Positions 1 to 11,851 of a stretch of 64,000 bases of DNA are shown piece after piece. Under the pieces are notes generated by a model, which saw only the letters and a program-made list of their open reading frames with translations, was not told the DNA's origin and did no database searches. A program made the translations under genes and the position numbers. This stretch comes from Promethearchaeota archaeon (GTDB lineage Archaea; Asgardarchaeota; Lokiarchaeia; Sigyniarchaeales; SOKP01). Location: assembly GCA_019058295.1 (NCBI GenBank), contig JAHPZI010000022.1, positions 216,816-280,815 on the forward strand, written 5' to 3'. Within the stretch, counting starts at the first letter, position 1; each line of letters begins with the position of its first letter.

Positions 1-5
1 AAACT

Positions 6-1670
6 ATGTCAAAAAGAAAATTTAGACTCTCAAGAAAAACCGTATTAAAAGATGTTATAATAAACAAAGCGGAAACAGTTGGAGATAAAGTTTTTCTGAC
101 ATATATTAGAGATTTTGATAAGGGCATTGATGAAAAATATACCTACAAAGATATGCATTTAAGATCAAATCGTTTGGCAAATGGATTGATGAATCTCGGA
201 ATAAAAAAAGGGGATGGTATTGCCCTAATGGAAATAAATTCTCCTGAGTTTTTATTAACTATTTTTGCCACATTCAAGATGGGTGCTTATACTGTTTTGG
301 TTAATATTGCGTTGCGAGGCGATGGTTTAAAATATATTATAGATCATTCTAATGCGTCAGCTATCATTATCCATTGGACCCTTATTGATGCATTTTTAGA
401 AATCAAAAGCCAAATACCCGCGATTAAACATATTATTGTCGATATTAGTGAAGCACCAACAGATTTTAAATTACCCGAGGGATCAATATCATTCCAAGAA
501 GTAATGCAAGCACCTGATGATGATATAAATATAGAGCTTAGTCATGATGATTTGAGTTTGTTAATGTATACAGCAGGGACAACAGGTTTACCAAAAGCAA
601 TAATGTTTTGGCAAGGCAAATTGATTGGAGGTATGAATGTTCAAACACTTGTCAGTATAGCCAAATTATTTGGTAGTGGCCCTGATGATGTTCTTTACAC
701 AAGTTTACCCTTATTTCATGCGAATGCATTATTTCTGACAACTTTGCCAGCTTTTTTTGAGGAGAAACCTTTAATTCTAGCGAAACGATTCAGCGCTAGC
801 CGGCATTGGGATATTTGTCGCAAATATGGGGTTACATTCTTTAACTCCCTTGGTGCAATGATCCCTATTTTAATGAAACAACCCGAACGATCAAATGATA
901 AAGAACATAATGTAAGAAATGTATATTCTGCAGCTTGCCCTAAAGAATTATGGGTTGCTTTTGAAGAGAGATTTGGTATAAAAATTATAGAATTCTATGC
1001 TGCTTCAGACGGAGGTGGATTTATGCTTACAACACAAGGAAAAGAAGATATTCCCGTAGGATCTATGGGAAAACCACCGGTGGGTATGGTTGCTGATATC
1101 ATGGATGATGATGGAAATATTCTGGAACCCGAGGTAGTTGGAGAATTAGTTTTCTTAGTTAGGGAGTCGGAAATTAATCAAAGAAAAGTGAAATATTATA
1201 AAGATGATAAAGCCTCAGAGAATTTAATACGAGAAGGTAAAGATGGGCAGAACTGGTTTCATACAGGTGATTTAGCGTATAAGGATAAAGAAGGGTGGTT
1301 CTATTTCGTTGATAGAAAAAAGGATTCAATAAGAAGACGCGGTGAAAATATTGCGTCTTATAGTATTGAAAAGATAATTAATTTAAACGACAAAATTTTG
1401 GAAGCAGCAGCTTACGGTATTAAATCAGAACTAGGTGAAGATGAGATAATGGTTGCTATTGTTTTAAAACCAGGGGAAACCATGACTCCTGAGGAACTAT
1501 TAGATTTCTGTCAAGGAAAAATGGCCAATTTTATGATACCTAGATATATTGATTTTGTCGATAAGCTTCCTAAAAACGAAGTACATAGGATATTAAAGCG
1601 TATTCTCAAAGAACGTGGAGCAACAGAAAGTACTTATGATAGAGAAAAGGCAGGATATGTTTTAAAATAA
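6..1670 (+). CDS. ATP-dependent acyl-CoA ligase (CaiC/crotonobetaine-CoA ligase-like, AMP-binding)
   Basis: YTAGTTGLPK P-loop, LPLFHANA, FSASRHW, WFHTGDL, FVDRKKD..RRRGENI; close paralogue of 4232..5905. Confidence 0.9.
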   Translation: MSKRKFRLSRKTVLKDVIINKAETVGDKVFLTYIRDFDKGIDEKYTYKDMHLRSNRLANGLMNLGIKKGDGIALMEINSPEFLLTIFATFKMGAYTVLVNIALRGDGLKYIIDHSNASAIIIHWTLIDAFLEIKSQIPAIKHIIVDISEAPTDFKLPEGSISFQEVMQAPDDDINIELSHDDLSLLMYTAGTTGLPKAIMFWQGKLIGGMNVQTLVSIAKLFGSGPDDVLYTSLPLFHANALFLTTLPAFFEEKPLILAKRFSASRHWDICRKYGVTFFNSLGAMIPILMKQPERSNDKEHNVRNVYSAACPKELWVAFEERFGIKIIEFYAASDGGGFMLTTQGKEDIPVGSMGKPPVGMVADIMDDDGNILEPEVVGELVFLVRESEINQRKVKYYKDDKASENLIREGKDGQNWFHTGDLAYKDKEGWFYFVDRKKDSIRRRGENIASYSIEKIINLNDKILEAAAYGIKSELGEDEIMVAIVLKPGETMTPEELLDFCQGKMANFMIPRYIDFVDKLPKNEVHRILKRILKERGATESTYDREKAGYVLK

Positions 1671-1802
1671 AGATAATTTTTTTTTTCTTAACAATTTTAG
1701 GTATTAGGTATAATTAAGGTATAATGTAAAATAATAAGGATTTTCAATAATAATGCATTTTTAATTTTTAATACAAATAATAAATCAAAAAAGTAGGCAG
1801 AA

Positions 1803-3056
1803 ATGAACGACAAGGTTTATGTATTTGGTGTTGGAATGACCAAGTTTGGTAAATTTCTTGATAAAAGTATTAAAAAATTTACAGGCGAAGCACTTGATTC
1901 GGTCCTAGAGGACTGTCAAAATGATATAAATTTGAGTGATATTGAGGCTGCTTGGTTTTCCAATACATGTTGGGGAATGTATGATTTTCAGCATAGCATT
2001 CGAGGTCAAGTTGCACTTAGCGCCAACCGCCTTGATAAAATACCTATAATAAACGTGGAAAATGCGTGTGCCAGTGGGAGCACTGCTTTCCATGGAGCGT
2101 GGACTTCAATAAAAGCGGGTCTCTATGACTGTGCGCTGGCTATAGGTGTTGAAAAAGTATATAATGAAGATCGTGCTAAGATGATGAAAGGATTTATAAC
2201 TTACACGGATGTAGAGAAGACAACTAAAATGATAGAGCAATTGAAAAAGATGGCTGAAAAAAAAAAGGCGATGGATGCTAAAAAACAAGGAACTGAAGAT
2301 AGAAAAGAGAAAAAAGGGGGACATTCTGCATTCATGGATCTATATGCAGTTGCAGCTCGTCAACATATGAAACAGCATGGAACTACACAAAGACACTTGG
2401 CTGTAGTTGCTGCTAAGAACCATAATAATTCAACACTAAATCCTCTTGCCCAATACACATTCCCCATGACTGTAGAGCAAGTTTTGGAAGATTATGAAGT
2501 TGCTTATCCTCTGACCAGATCGATGTGTGCACCAGTTGGAGATGGTGCTGCGGCAGCTATTTTATGCTCGGAGAAATTTTTAAAACAACATCCAAATACA
2601 AGAGCTGTCCTAATACGAGCATCGGTTTTGCAGTCTGGATCTTGGAAAACAGATGATATAGCTAAACGCGCATCTACAATCGCCTATAAAATGTCTGGTC
2701 TTGGGCCTAAAGATATAAATGTGGCTGAAGTTCACGATGCTACGGCGTTTGGGGAAATTCACCAAATTGAGCAAATGGGATTTTGTCCAATAGGAGAAGG
2801 TGGGCCATTTAGTGAGAGTGGCGCAACGGCTCTTCATGGAAAGATTCCTATTAATCCGAGCGGAGGATTGTTATCCCGAGGCCATCCACTCGGTGCGTCA
2901 GGTTTGGCACAAATTTATGAATTGGTGGTTCAATTGCGTGGAGAAGCTGGCGAAAGGCAAGTTGACAACCATAAATTTGCTTTGGCTGAGAATGGTGGTG
3001 GCAACATTGGTGTTGGTGAGGCAGCCATGTGTGTAAATATCTTAGAAAAGGTATAA
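1803..3056 (+). CDS. Thiolase family protein, SCP-x/SCP2-thiolase type
   Basis: GVGMTKFG, ENACASGS nucleophile, EVHDA, NPSGGLLSRGHPLGASG. Confidence 0.9.
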   Translation: MNDKVYVFGVGMTKFGKFLDKSIKKFTGEALDSVLEDCQNDINLSDIEAAWFSNTCWGMYDFQHSIRGQVALSANRLDKIPIINVENACASGSTAFHGAWTSIKAGLYDCALAIGVEKVYNEDRAKMMKGFITYTDVEKTTKMIEQLKKMAEKKKAMDAKKQGTEDRKEKKGGHSAFMDLYAVAARQHMKQHGTTQRHLAVVAAKNHNNSTLNPLAQYTFPMTVEQVLEDYEVAYPLTRSMCAPVGDGAAAAILCSEKFLKQHPNTRAVLIRASVLQSGSWKTDDIAKRASTIAYKMSGLGPKDINVAEVHDATAFGEIHQIEQMGFCPIGEGGPFSESGATALHGKIPINPSGGLLSRGHPLGASGLAQIYELVVQLRGEAGERQVDNHKFALAENGGGNIGVGEAAMCVNILEKV

Positions 3057-3111
3057 TAAATACAATTACTTAAGAAAAATAAAAAAAAACTGAATTTTTT
3101 AATTTTAAATT

Positions 3112-4128
3112 TTATTCCCGTATTTCAGGACCATCTACTCCTTCCCGGTACCAAGTTACTGGTCGATATTCTCTAGGTACAATACCTTCTTGTTTGAATA
3201 CAGGATATCCTAGACTTAAAGAAGTTATAGGAATCCAAGGGTATTTGATACCAAGTTTTCTTTTTAAAGGTTTAATCTGGTTAAGGGTTTGCGCAAAAAA
3301 CCCATTCCAACAAGCTTTAATTCCTAAAGAGTTCGCCACTAAGTTCATGTTTTCTCCGGCTATACCGATATTTATTTTTGCTCCCGAAATGGCTCGTTCA
3401 TCCCCGAGTATTAGGATGACGCATGGAGCAGCCAATGAAACGGCTATTTCTCCCATTCTAGTAAGAGAGCCCATTCCCCCTAAAATAAGTCTTGGATCAA
3501 CGGTACCAGGACCAATTGAAGGATCCTCGATTAGAGGTGCTAAATTTTTTACCATATTATCATCCAAATATGCTTTATACATAAAGCTTATAATTTTATA
3601 AACTTCTTTATCTATCTTTTCGAGTAGGGCTTTATTTGTTATTACAATAAACTTCCATGGCTGACAATTACCCGCACTTGGAGCGAATCGTCCTGCTTCC
3701 AGAACTCTTTGAATTAAAGACTCAGGTACTGGTTTATCCTTGAAATTTCTCACACTTCGTCTTTCAAAAATTGCTTTTTCAATGGCGTTCCATTCCGTTG
3801 GATTTCCTTCCTCATCCTTTGCCTCAAGAGGCATTTTAGCAGGTAAAGGGTGAGGATCTGTTTTCCAATATCCGGCGTCAACATGGTAAGGTTCAACTAT
3901 CATGATCGCATCATTGGGACAGGCCACTTTACAATTATAACAGCTAAAACATTCATATTGTTCTTTCATTGCTGGAAAGCCACCTTCATCTTCTTCCCAA
4001 GCTCGGAAGGGGCAATTTATCATACATAATCCACACTTAGTGCATTTATCGTGGTCGACCTTCATTACTCCCATGTGGACATCTTTCATATCAGGTTGTA
4101 AAATCTCTTTTACATCTTCCCAAGGCAT
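3112..4128 (-). CDS. Nitroreductase family protein with N-terminal 2x[4Fe-4S] ferredoxin domain
   Basis: CTKCGLC..NCP and CFSCYNC..ACP; RRSVRNF, APSAGNCQPW, LGYP. Confidence 0.9.
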   Translation of the reverse strand: MPWEDVKEILQPDMKDVHMGVMKVDHDKCTKCGLCMINCPFRAWEEDEGGFPAMKEQYECFSCYNCKVACPNDAIMIVEPYHVDAGYWKTDPHPLPAKMPLEAKDEEGNPTEWNAIEKAIFERRSVRNFKDKPVPESLIQRVLEAGRFAPSAGNCQPWKFIVITNKALLEKIDKEVYKIISFMYKAYLDDNMVKNLAPLIEDPSIGPGTVDPRLILGGMGSLTRMGEIAVSLAAPCVILILGDERAISGAKINIGIAGENMNLVANSLGIKACWNGFFAQTLNQIKPLKRKLGIKYPWIPITSLSLGYPVFKQEGIVPREYRPVTWYREGVDGPEIRE

Positions 4129-4231
4129 AATTCATCAATTCCTATTAATAACTAATAAATATATTAAATTATTGAAATATTTAAAAGAAATGTCTTTTTC
4201 AATTCAATTCAAAAAATAAAAAGGATTCAAA

Positions 4232-5905
4232 ATGTCAGCAAAGAAAAAATTTAGATTGACAAGAAGAACAATATTAAGAGATCTTATTCAACATAAGGCA
4301 GAAACGATTGGTGATAAGGTTTACATGACATATCTTAGAGATTTCGATAATAATATTGAAGAAAAATATACTTATAGAGATATGCATTTACTGTCTAATC
4401 GCTTAGGAAATGGTCTTTTAAATTTAGGACTAAAAAAAGGGGAAGGTGTAGCTTTAATGGAAATTAACTCTCCTGAATTTTTACTGACTATTTTTGCTAC
4501 ATTCAAAACGGGCATGTATTCCGTTATGATTAACGTTTCCTTAAGAGGGGATGGTTTAAAATTTATTATAGAACATTCTGATGCATCGGCAATCATTATT
4601 CACTGGTCTTTTTTACAAGCATTTTTAGATATTAAAGATCAACTACCCAAAATTAGATATATCATAGTCGATATTAATGAAGCCCCAGCGGATTTTAAAT
4701 TGCCTGAAGGAATTGTATCTCTCCAAGAAGTTATGCAAGCATCAGATGAGGATATTGATATAGAGATTAGTCTTGATGACATGGCAATGTTAATGTATAC
4801 TGCGGGAACGACTGGTCTGCCCAAAGCAATACAATTTTGGCAAGGCAAATTGTTGGGAGGTCTTAGCATTCAAACACTTATGAGTCTTGTGAAAATGATG
4901 GCTCAAGCTGATGATGTTCTCTTTACTCCCTTACCCCTATTCCATTCGAACGCTTTGTTTTTAACGAGTTTAGCCGCTTATTTTGCTGAAAGGCCATTAA
5001 TTCTCGGTAAAAAATTTTCAGCAAGTCGCCATTGGGATATTTGTCGTAAATATGGTGTTACTACTTTTAATACCTTAGGTGCAATGGTCACATTTTTAAT
5101 GAAGCAACCAGAGAGACCAAACGATAAAGAACATAATATCCGAGTGGTAAATACGGCTGCTTGCCCTAAAGAGTTATGGGTAGCTTTTGAAGAGAGATTT
5201 GGTGTAAAAATCCATGAAGCTTATGGTGCAACGGACGGAGGGGGATTTATGCTTAGTTCTGTTGGGCGTGATGATCAACCTGTAGGATCTATGGGTACAC
5301 CATTACCTGGAATGGTTGCTGAAGTTATGGATGATAATGGAGTTATTCTTCCAGAACCAGAAAAAGTGGGAGAATTAGTTTTCCTGGTTAGGGAGTTGGA
5401 AATGAAACAAAGAGAAGTGAAATATTATAAAGACGAGAGTGCCTCAAAAAGTTTAATTCAAAAGGGCGCAGATGGTCAATTATGGTTCCATACAGGTGAT
5501 TTGGCATATAAAGATAAAGATGGCTGGTTCTATTTCGTTGATAGAAAAAAGGATTCAATCCGTAGACATGGTGAAAACATCGCATCATTTAGCATTGAAA
5601 ATATTATAAATCAAAATGAAAAAATATTAGAAGTTGCTGCCTATGGTGTTAAAACTGAGGTGGGCGAAGATGAAGTGATGGTTTCTGTTGTTTTAAAACC
5701 AGGAGAAACCATGGCTCCAGAGGAACTTTTAGATTTCTGTCAAGGTAAAATGGCTTATTTCATGATCCCTAGATATATTGATTTCGTCGAAGAACTTCCT
5801 AAAAGTGAAGTTCACAGAGTGTTAAAGCGTTTTCTCAAAAAACGTGGAGTAACACCAACCACTTACGATAGAGAAAAGGCTGGATATGTTATAAAACGAG
5901 ACTAA
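4232..5905 (+). CDS. ATP-dependent acyl-CoA ligase (CaiC-like), paralogue of 6..1670
   Basis: YTAGTTGLPK, EAYGATDG, WFHTGDL; collinear with first ORF. Confidence 0.9.
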   Translation: MSAKKKFRLTRRTILRDLIQHKAETIGDKVYMTYLRDFDNNIEEKYTYRDMHLLSNRLGNGLLNLGLKKGEGVALMEINSPEFLLTIFATFKTGMYSVMINVSLRGDGLKFIIEHSDASAIIIHWSFLQAFLDIKDQLPKIRYIIVDINEAPADFKLPEGIVSLQEVMQASDEDIDIEISLDDMAMLMYTAGTTGLPKAIQFWQGKLLGGLSIQTLMSLVKMMAQADDVLFTPLPLFHSNALFLTSLAAYFAERPLILGKKFSASRHWDICRKYGVTTFNTLGAMVTFLMKQPERPNDKEHNIRVVNTAACPKELWVAFEERFGVKIHEAYGATDGGGFMLSSVGRDDQPVGSMGTPLPGMVAEVMDDNGVILPEPEKVGELVFLVRELEMKQREVKYYKDESASKSLIQKGADGQLWFHTGDLAYKDKDGWFYFVDRKKDSIRRHGENIASFSIENIINQNEKILEVAAYGVKTEVGEDEVMVSVVLKPGETMAPEELLDFCQGKMAYFMIPRYIDFVEELPKSEVHRVLKRFLKKRGVTPTTYDREKAGYVIKRD

Positions 5906-5943
5906 TATTTTTTTCTTTTTAACATAAAATTGTGAGATTATTT

Positions 5944-7158
5944 ATGACTTTACCCCTAGAAAATATTACAGTCATTGATTTGACTAGGATGCTTCCTGGA
6001 CCGTATTGCACTATGATATTATCGGATTTAGGGGCAAATGTTATTCGGGTCGAAGATCCGAAGTATCTTTACTCTAATGTCCCGCCATTTTTTCAAAAAG
6101 GAAAATATCGTGATAGTGCGTTTAATGCTATCCTTATGAGAAACAAGGCATCAATTACTCTTAATCTGAAAAAAGAGAAAGCTTTAGAGATATTTTATGA
6201 CTTAGTAAAACGCGCAGATATAGTTATGGACACATTTCGACCAAAAGTGATGGAAAAATTAAAAATAGATTATAATACCCTTTCCTCGATAAATCCCTCA
6301 ATTATTTGTTGTTCTTTAACAGGATACGGTCAAAATGGGCCATACGAACAAGTTGCGGGGCATGATTTGAATTATATTGGTATTTGTGGAATATTGGATG
6401 CAACTAGAAAAAGGGTAATTTTGGGTGAGGAAAATCAGGAGAGAAAACCAATAAATCCTGGTGTCCAACCAGCCGATATTGGAGGGGCTTTAGTAAGTGC
6501 CATTGGAATTCTTGGTGCTATAATCGAAAGAGAAAATAATCCTGAAAGAAAGGGTCAATATGTTGATATTTCAATGACAGATTCTGTATTTTCTTTTATG
6601 CCAATGGCAGCTGCTTTACATTTTGCGAAAGAGTATAATAAAAAATTTAGTGGAGAAAATATACTCGAAGGTGGAATGCCATATTATTCCGTCTATAAGA
6701 CGAAAGATAACAAATATTTGTCAGTTGGGGCGATTGAAATGAAATTCTGGCAAAATTTGTGTGAAGGTTTAGGACGAAATGATTTAAAAGGAAAGCAGTG
6801 GGCCCTGAGAGAAGAGAAAGAAAAGGTTTTTGAAGAACTGCAAAAAGAATTCTTAAAGAAAACACAAGAAGAGTGGCTTGAGATTTTTAAAAATTACGAT
6901 ACTTGTATAGGCCCAATTAATAATTTTGCTGAAGCGTGTGAAGACCCCCAAATCATAGCGCGTAATATGGTTGTTGAAATAGACCATCCCGTATTAGGCA
7001 AGATTAAAAATATAGCCTCACCGATTAAAATGTCAAGGACACCTCCAACCATTAGAAGCCCTGCTCCCAAAATCGGACAAAACACTAAAGAAATTTTGAA
7101 GCAATTGAATTATTCTGATGAGGATATTAAAAACTTCAAAAAAAATAAGATTATATAA
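5944..7158 (+). CDS. CaiB/BaiF family III CoA-transferase, alpha-methylacyl-CoA racemase-like
   Basis: DLTRMLPGPYCTMILSDLGA, RNKASITLNLK, GHDLNY and ADIGG motifs; ATG at 5944 preferred over GTG 5932. Confidence 0.85.
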   Translation: MTLPLENITVIDLTRMLPGPYCTMILSDLGANVIRVEDPKYLYSNVPPFFQKGKYRDSAFNAILMRNKASITLNLKKEKALEIFYDLVKRADIVMDTFRPKVMEKLKIDYNTLSSINPSIICCSLTGYGQNGPYEQVAGHDLNYIGICGILDATRKRVILGEENQERKPINPGVQPADIGGALVSAIGILGAIIERENNPERKGQYVDISMTDSVFSFMPMAAALHFAKEYNKKFSGENILEGGMPYYSVYKTKDNKYLSVGAIEMKFWQNLCEGLGRNDLKGKQWALREEKEKVFEELQKEFLKKTQEEWLEIFKNYDTCIGPINNFAEACEDPQIIARNMVVEIDHPVLGKIKNIASPIKMSRTPPTIRSPAPKIGQNTKEILKQLNYSDEDIKNFKKNKII

Positions 7159-7379
7159 TTTTTATAATTTTAAATTTTGATATAACCTTACAACTTGATT
7201 ATGTAAAAAATCTTCCGCGTTTTTTCCTTTCATAAATATAACGAGAAGAAGCAATCTTATAATATAGTTTCCCATTTAAAATCCCCCCAATTAAAATTTA
7301 CTAAAAAGCTTTAATAATTAAATAAATTATTTTTTAAATAGCAAAAGACTAAAGTTAAAAAGAAAATAAACTGACTAAA

Positions 7380-8999
<1,620 letters not shown>

Positions 9000-9145
9000 A
9001 AACTAAATCAACTTCTTTTCTTTTTTTAAACAAAAATTTGAAAAAAATGCTGAGAATTTTTCCTTTATAAATAGAGAATGGGTTATTCTTGACATATCCC
9101 GATCTTAAAAATTAATAAAAATAAAATTATATGATGTTTATAGTT

Positions 9146-9640
9146 TTAAATTCTGTATTCCTCAGGAGTTTTATCCTCTTTATAAGGGCTTTCAGCCAAT
9201 TCGAATCTGAATCCGACTATCTCTTCTCCTCCTATCATGTGAACAGGAGATGGTTTTTCACGAAGATCCTCTGGATCTATGAATTGATCCCACGCAACAG
9301 GAAATTTGATGAGAGTCTTAACTCCTTCCTGTTTGAATGCTTTTGCTGCTGCTCTTACGTCCTTGACTATAAAAGTAAGGTTATGCACTCCCGGTCCTTT
9401 TTTGTCCAAATGTTCTGACCACAGGGTCTGAAGCTTCTTACTTGATGGTTCTATAAATTGTAAAATTACATTGCCGAGTTTCACATGGACTACTTTTACT
9501 ACACCCATGTTAGACAATGTATCAGAAAATTCTTTTTCTACGATCTCTGAGCCGAAAATCCTATTTAAAAACTCTGCTGCTTTTATAGCATCTGGTACTA
9601 CAATCTCTATATGTACTAAAGGTGACAATTCTATTACCAT
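9146..9640 (-). CDS. VOC family protein (methylmalonyl-CoA epimerase/glyoxalase-like)
   Basis: HIEIVV, QFIEP, KKGPGVHNLTFIVKD, C-terminal FELAE. Confidence 0.8.
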   Translation of the reverse strand: MVIELSPLVHIEIVVPDAIKAAEFLNRIFGSEIVEKEFSDTLSNMGVVKVVHVKLGNVILQFIEPSSKKLQTLWSEHLDKKGPGVHNLTFIVKDVRAAAKAFKQEGVKTLIKFPVAWDQFIDPEDLREKPSPVHMIGGEEIVGFRFELAESPYKEDKTPEEYRI

Positions 9641-9666
9641 TATTTTTCACTTTAATATTTCTTTTT

Positions 9667-10551
9667 TTATTTATTTTCACTCTTCCATTTCTTCCATTCC
9701 TCTAACAAGTTAGATTTACTTGTTGGATCCGACAATTCAAGTTCTTTTTCGCGTGTTTGACCATCTCTTTGAAGGAACCAGTTCATTCGCTCTTTTGCTA
9801 CGGGTAAGGCGCATGCTTGATTAAAAAGGTAAGCTTCTTCCATCAGACCTTCAATAAGTGGTTGTTCCAATGCGGTTAATACAGCTTTCTTTGCAATGGC
9901 AATTATTTCTGCGGGAAATGAAGCGATTCGATAAGCTAGATCCTCAACAAATGGAGTTAATTCATCTTGTGGCAAAGCACGATTAATATATCCATATCGT
10001 TCAGCTAATTCAGCTGAAAAATCAATACCCCCAAGCACGGCTTCCATGGCACGGGAACGACCCATTAGTCGAGGAAGCCGCTGAGTACTACCTCCACCAG
10101 GAATTATGCCTAATAGGATTTCTGGTTGGCCAAGAATGGCTTTACCTATTGCCCCAAATCTCATATCAAGTGATAATACAAATTCACTTCCTCCTCCGCG
10201 TGCGATGCCTTCAAGTTTTGCGATGGATACTTTTGGCATGGTTCGATATGCTTCACAAATTGGATGCATACCTGTAAGTTGATCGGATTTTGGGGGTGCT
10301 TCATCTGGTAATATTGCTAGAACAGACACATCAAAATGAGCAATAAAAAAATCAGGATCAGCACTATCGAAGACGATAACTCTCACATCATCATCCATAG
10401 CTATTTTTGTCTGGAGACGACTTAATTCTCCAAGAAGGCCCGCATTCAAAAGGTTTATAGGGGGATTATCGATTGTTACGAAGGCAACCCCTTGATCAAG
10501 GCGAATTTTTAGCAATTTAAAACGAGTGTATTTCATTTTATCTACCACCAT
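9667..10551 (-). CDS. Enoyl-CoA hydratase/isomerase (crotonase) family protein
   Basis: TIDNPPINL, FFIAHFD, ARGGGSEF, GQPE.LLGIIPGGG. Confidence 0.9.
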   Translation of the reverse strand: MVVDKMKYTRFKLLKIRLDQGVAFVTIDNPPINLLNAGLLGELSRLQTKIAMDDDVRVIVFDSADPDFFIAHFDVSVLAILPDEAPPKSDQLTGMHPICEAYRTMPKVSIAKLEGIARGGGSEFVLSLDMRFGAIGKAILGQPEILLGIIPGGGSTQRLPRLMGRSRAMEAVLGGIDFSAELAERYGYINRALPQDELTPFVEDLAYRIASFPAEIIAIAKKAVLTALEQPLIEGLMEEAYLFNQACALPVAKERMNWFLQRDGQTREKELELSDPTSKSNLLEEWKKWKSENK

Positions 10552-10764
10552 TTAAATTTTAAGATTATATAGTATTTGATTTGCTGGAATTATTAATATA
10601 TTTAATTTTTAAACTTTTAAGAAATTTAAATATATTCTAATGAAGATAATGAAGATAAAAAAAGGCAGAAAATCTAAAAACTTAAGGTAAAAGGGCAAAT
10701 TAAAAATTGTCCTATAAATTTTATTCTTATATAATTTAATAGATCGTATCGTTTGGCTTGAACT

Positions 10765-11793
10765 ATGGTTAAATTAAAATCTGAGGTTAACGAGATTGAA
10801 GATGTTATTAGATTTAAGATTGATTTTCCCCCTTTTGATGGCCTGCGGTTTGTTTGCGTTTATTTATTAAAAGCCGACGATATCTATATACTCATTGATG
10901 CGGGATTACATTTTCGAGACTGGAAGAATTTATTTTTTTCAAGTCTCAAAAACTTAAATATAGACATAAAAGATGTAGAGTATTGTATTGTCACACATGA
11001 CCATCTAGACCATTTAGGCTTGATAAAAGACTTAAAACGTAAGAATCCTGATCTCCAACTATTAATGCACGAAATTACTCACGAGATAATTGAATGGGGA
11101 ACGAATCCTAATAAATCTAAAGAATTAGAGAATGAAGCAAGGGAACTTGCGAAAAGAATGATAAAATATGGTATTTCTGAAAAACAAGGAGAGAGAATTG
11201 TTCAAGTTCTTACAGCTATGCCAAAATTGGCAATATATCAAAAACCCGATAAACTTTTAGTGGATAACGAAGAAATTATCATTGGCTCACATAAATTAAA
11301 GATTATATGGACACCTGGTCATGCCGTAGGGCATATCTGCGTATTTGACACTGATAAACACTATTTATTTTCAGGAGATCATATTCTTTCTGAAATAACA
11401 CCCCATATAGGAAGTTTTATTATGACTCCAACGCTTAAAAAGAAATACGATTTCAATAATATTTTGGACCACTATTTAAGATCTTTAGAAAAAATTTACA
11501 ATTTAAATCCAAAAATAATTTTTCCGGCTCATCAAGATATTATTTACAATCCATCCGAACGGATATTAGAAATTAAAGAACATCATAAAAATAGACTTAA
11601 GGAAATTTCAAATATAATAAAAGGTAACCCACTAACCCCAGTAAAGATTGCGGAAATTCATTTTGGAGATAATTTAACCGAGATAAACTCTTTTTTGGCA
11701 TTAAGTGAAGTGCTTAGTCATTTAATCTATTTAGAAGAACAAAATAAAATAACCAGAATTGAAAAAAATGGAAAATTCTTTTTTTCCAGCTGA
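10765..11793 (+). CDS. MBL-fold metallo-hydrolase with C-terminal winged helix
   Basis: THDHLDH, TPGHAVGH, FSGDH, PAH; SHLIYLEEQNKI tail. Confidence 0.85.
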   Translation: MVKLKSEVNEIEDVIRFKIDFPPFDGLRFVCVYLLKADDIYILIDAGLHFRDWKNLFFSSLKNLNIDIKDVEYCIVTHDHLDHLGLIKDLKRKNPDLQLLMHEITHEIIEWGTNPNKSKELENEARELAKRMIKYGISEKQGERIVQVLTAMPKLAIYQKPDKLLVDNEEIIIGSHKLKIIWTPGHAVGHICVFDTDKHYLFSGDHILSEITPHIGSFIMTPTLKKKYDFNNILDHYLRSLEKIYNLNPKIIFPAHQDIIYNPSERILEIKEHHKNRLKEISNIIKGNPLTPVKIAEIHFGDNLTEINSFLALSEVLSHLIYLEEQNKITRIEKNGKFFFSS

Positions 11794-11851
11794 AAGATGG
11801 TTAGATAAAAAATAAAGAGTTTAATAATAAAAATAATTCAATTGAATTATA

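Noticed and set aside
3194-3601. Antisense/overlapping ORFs in the track (e.g. 3194+, 14067-, 29607-, 34677+, 63722-)
   Set aside because: They overlap well-supported genes and have no recognisable motifs.
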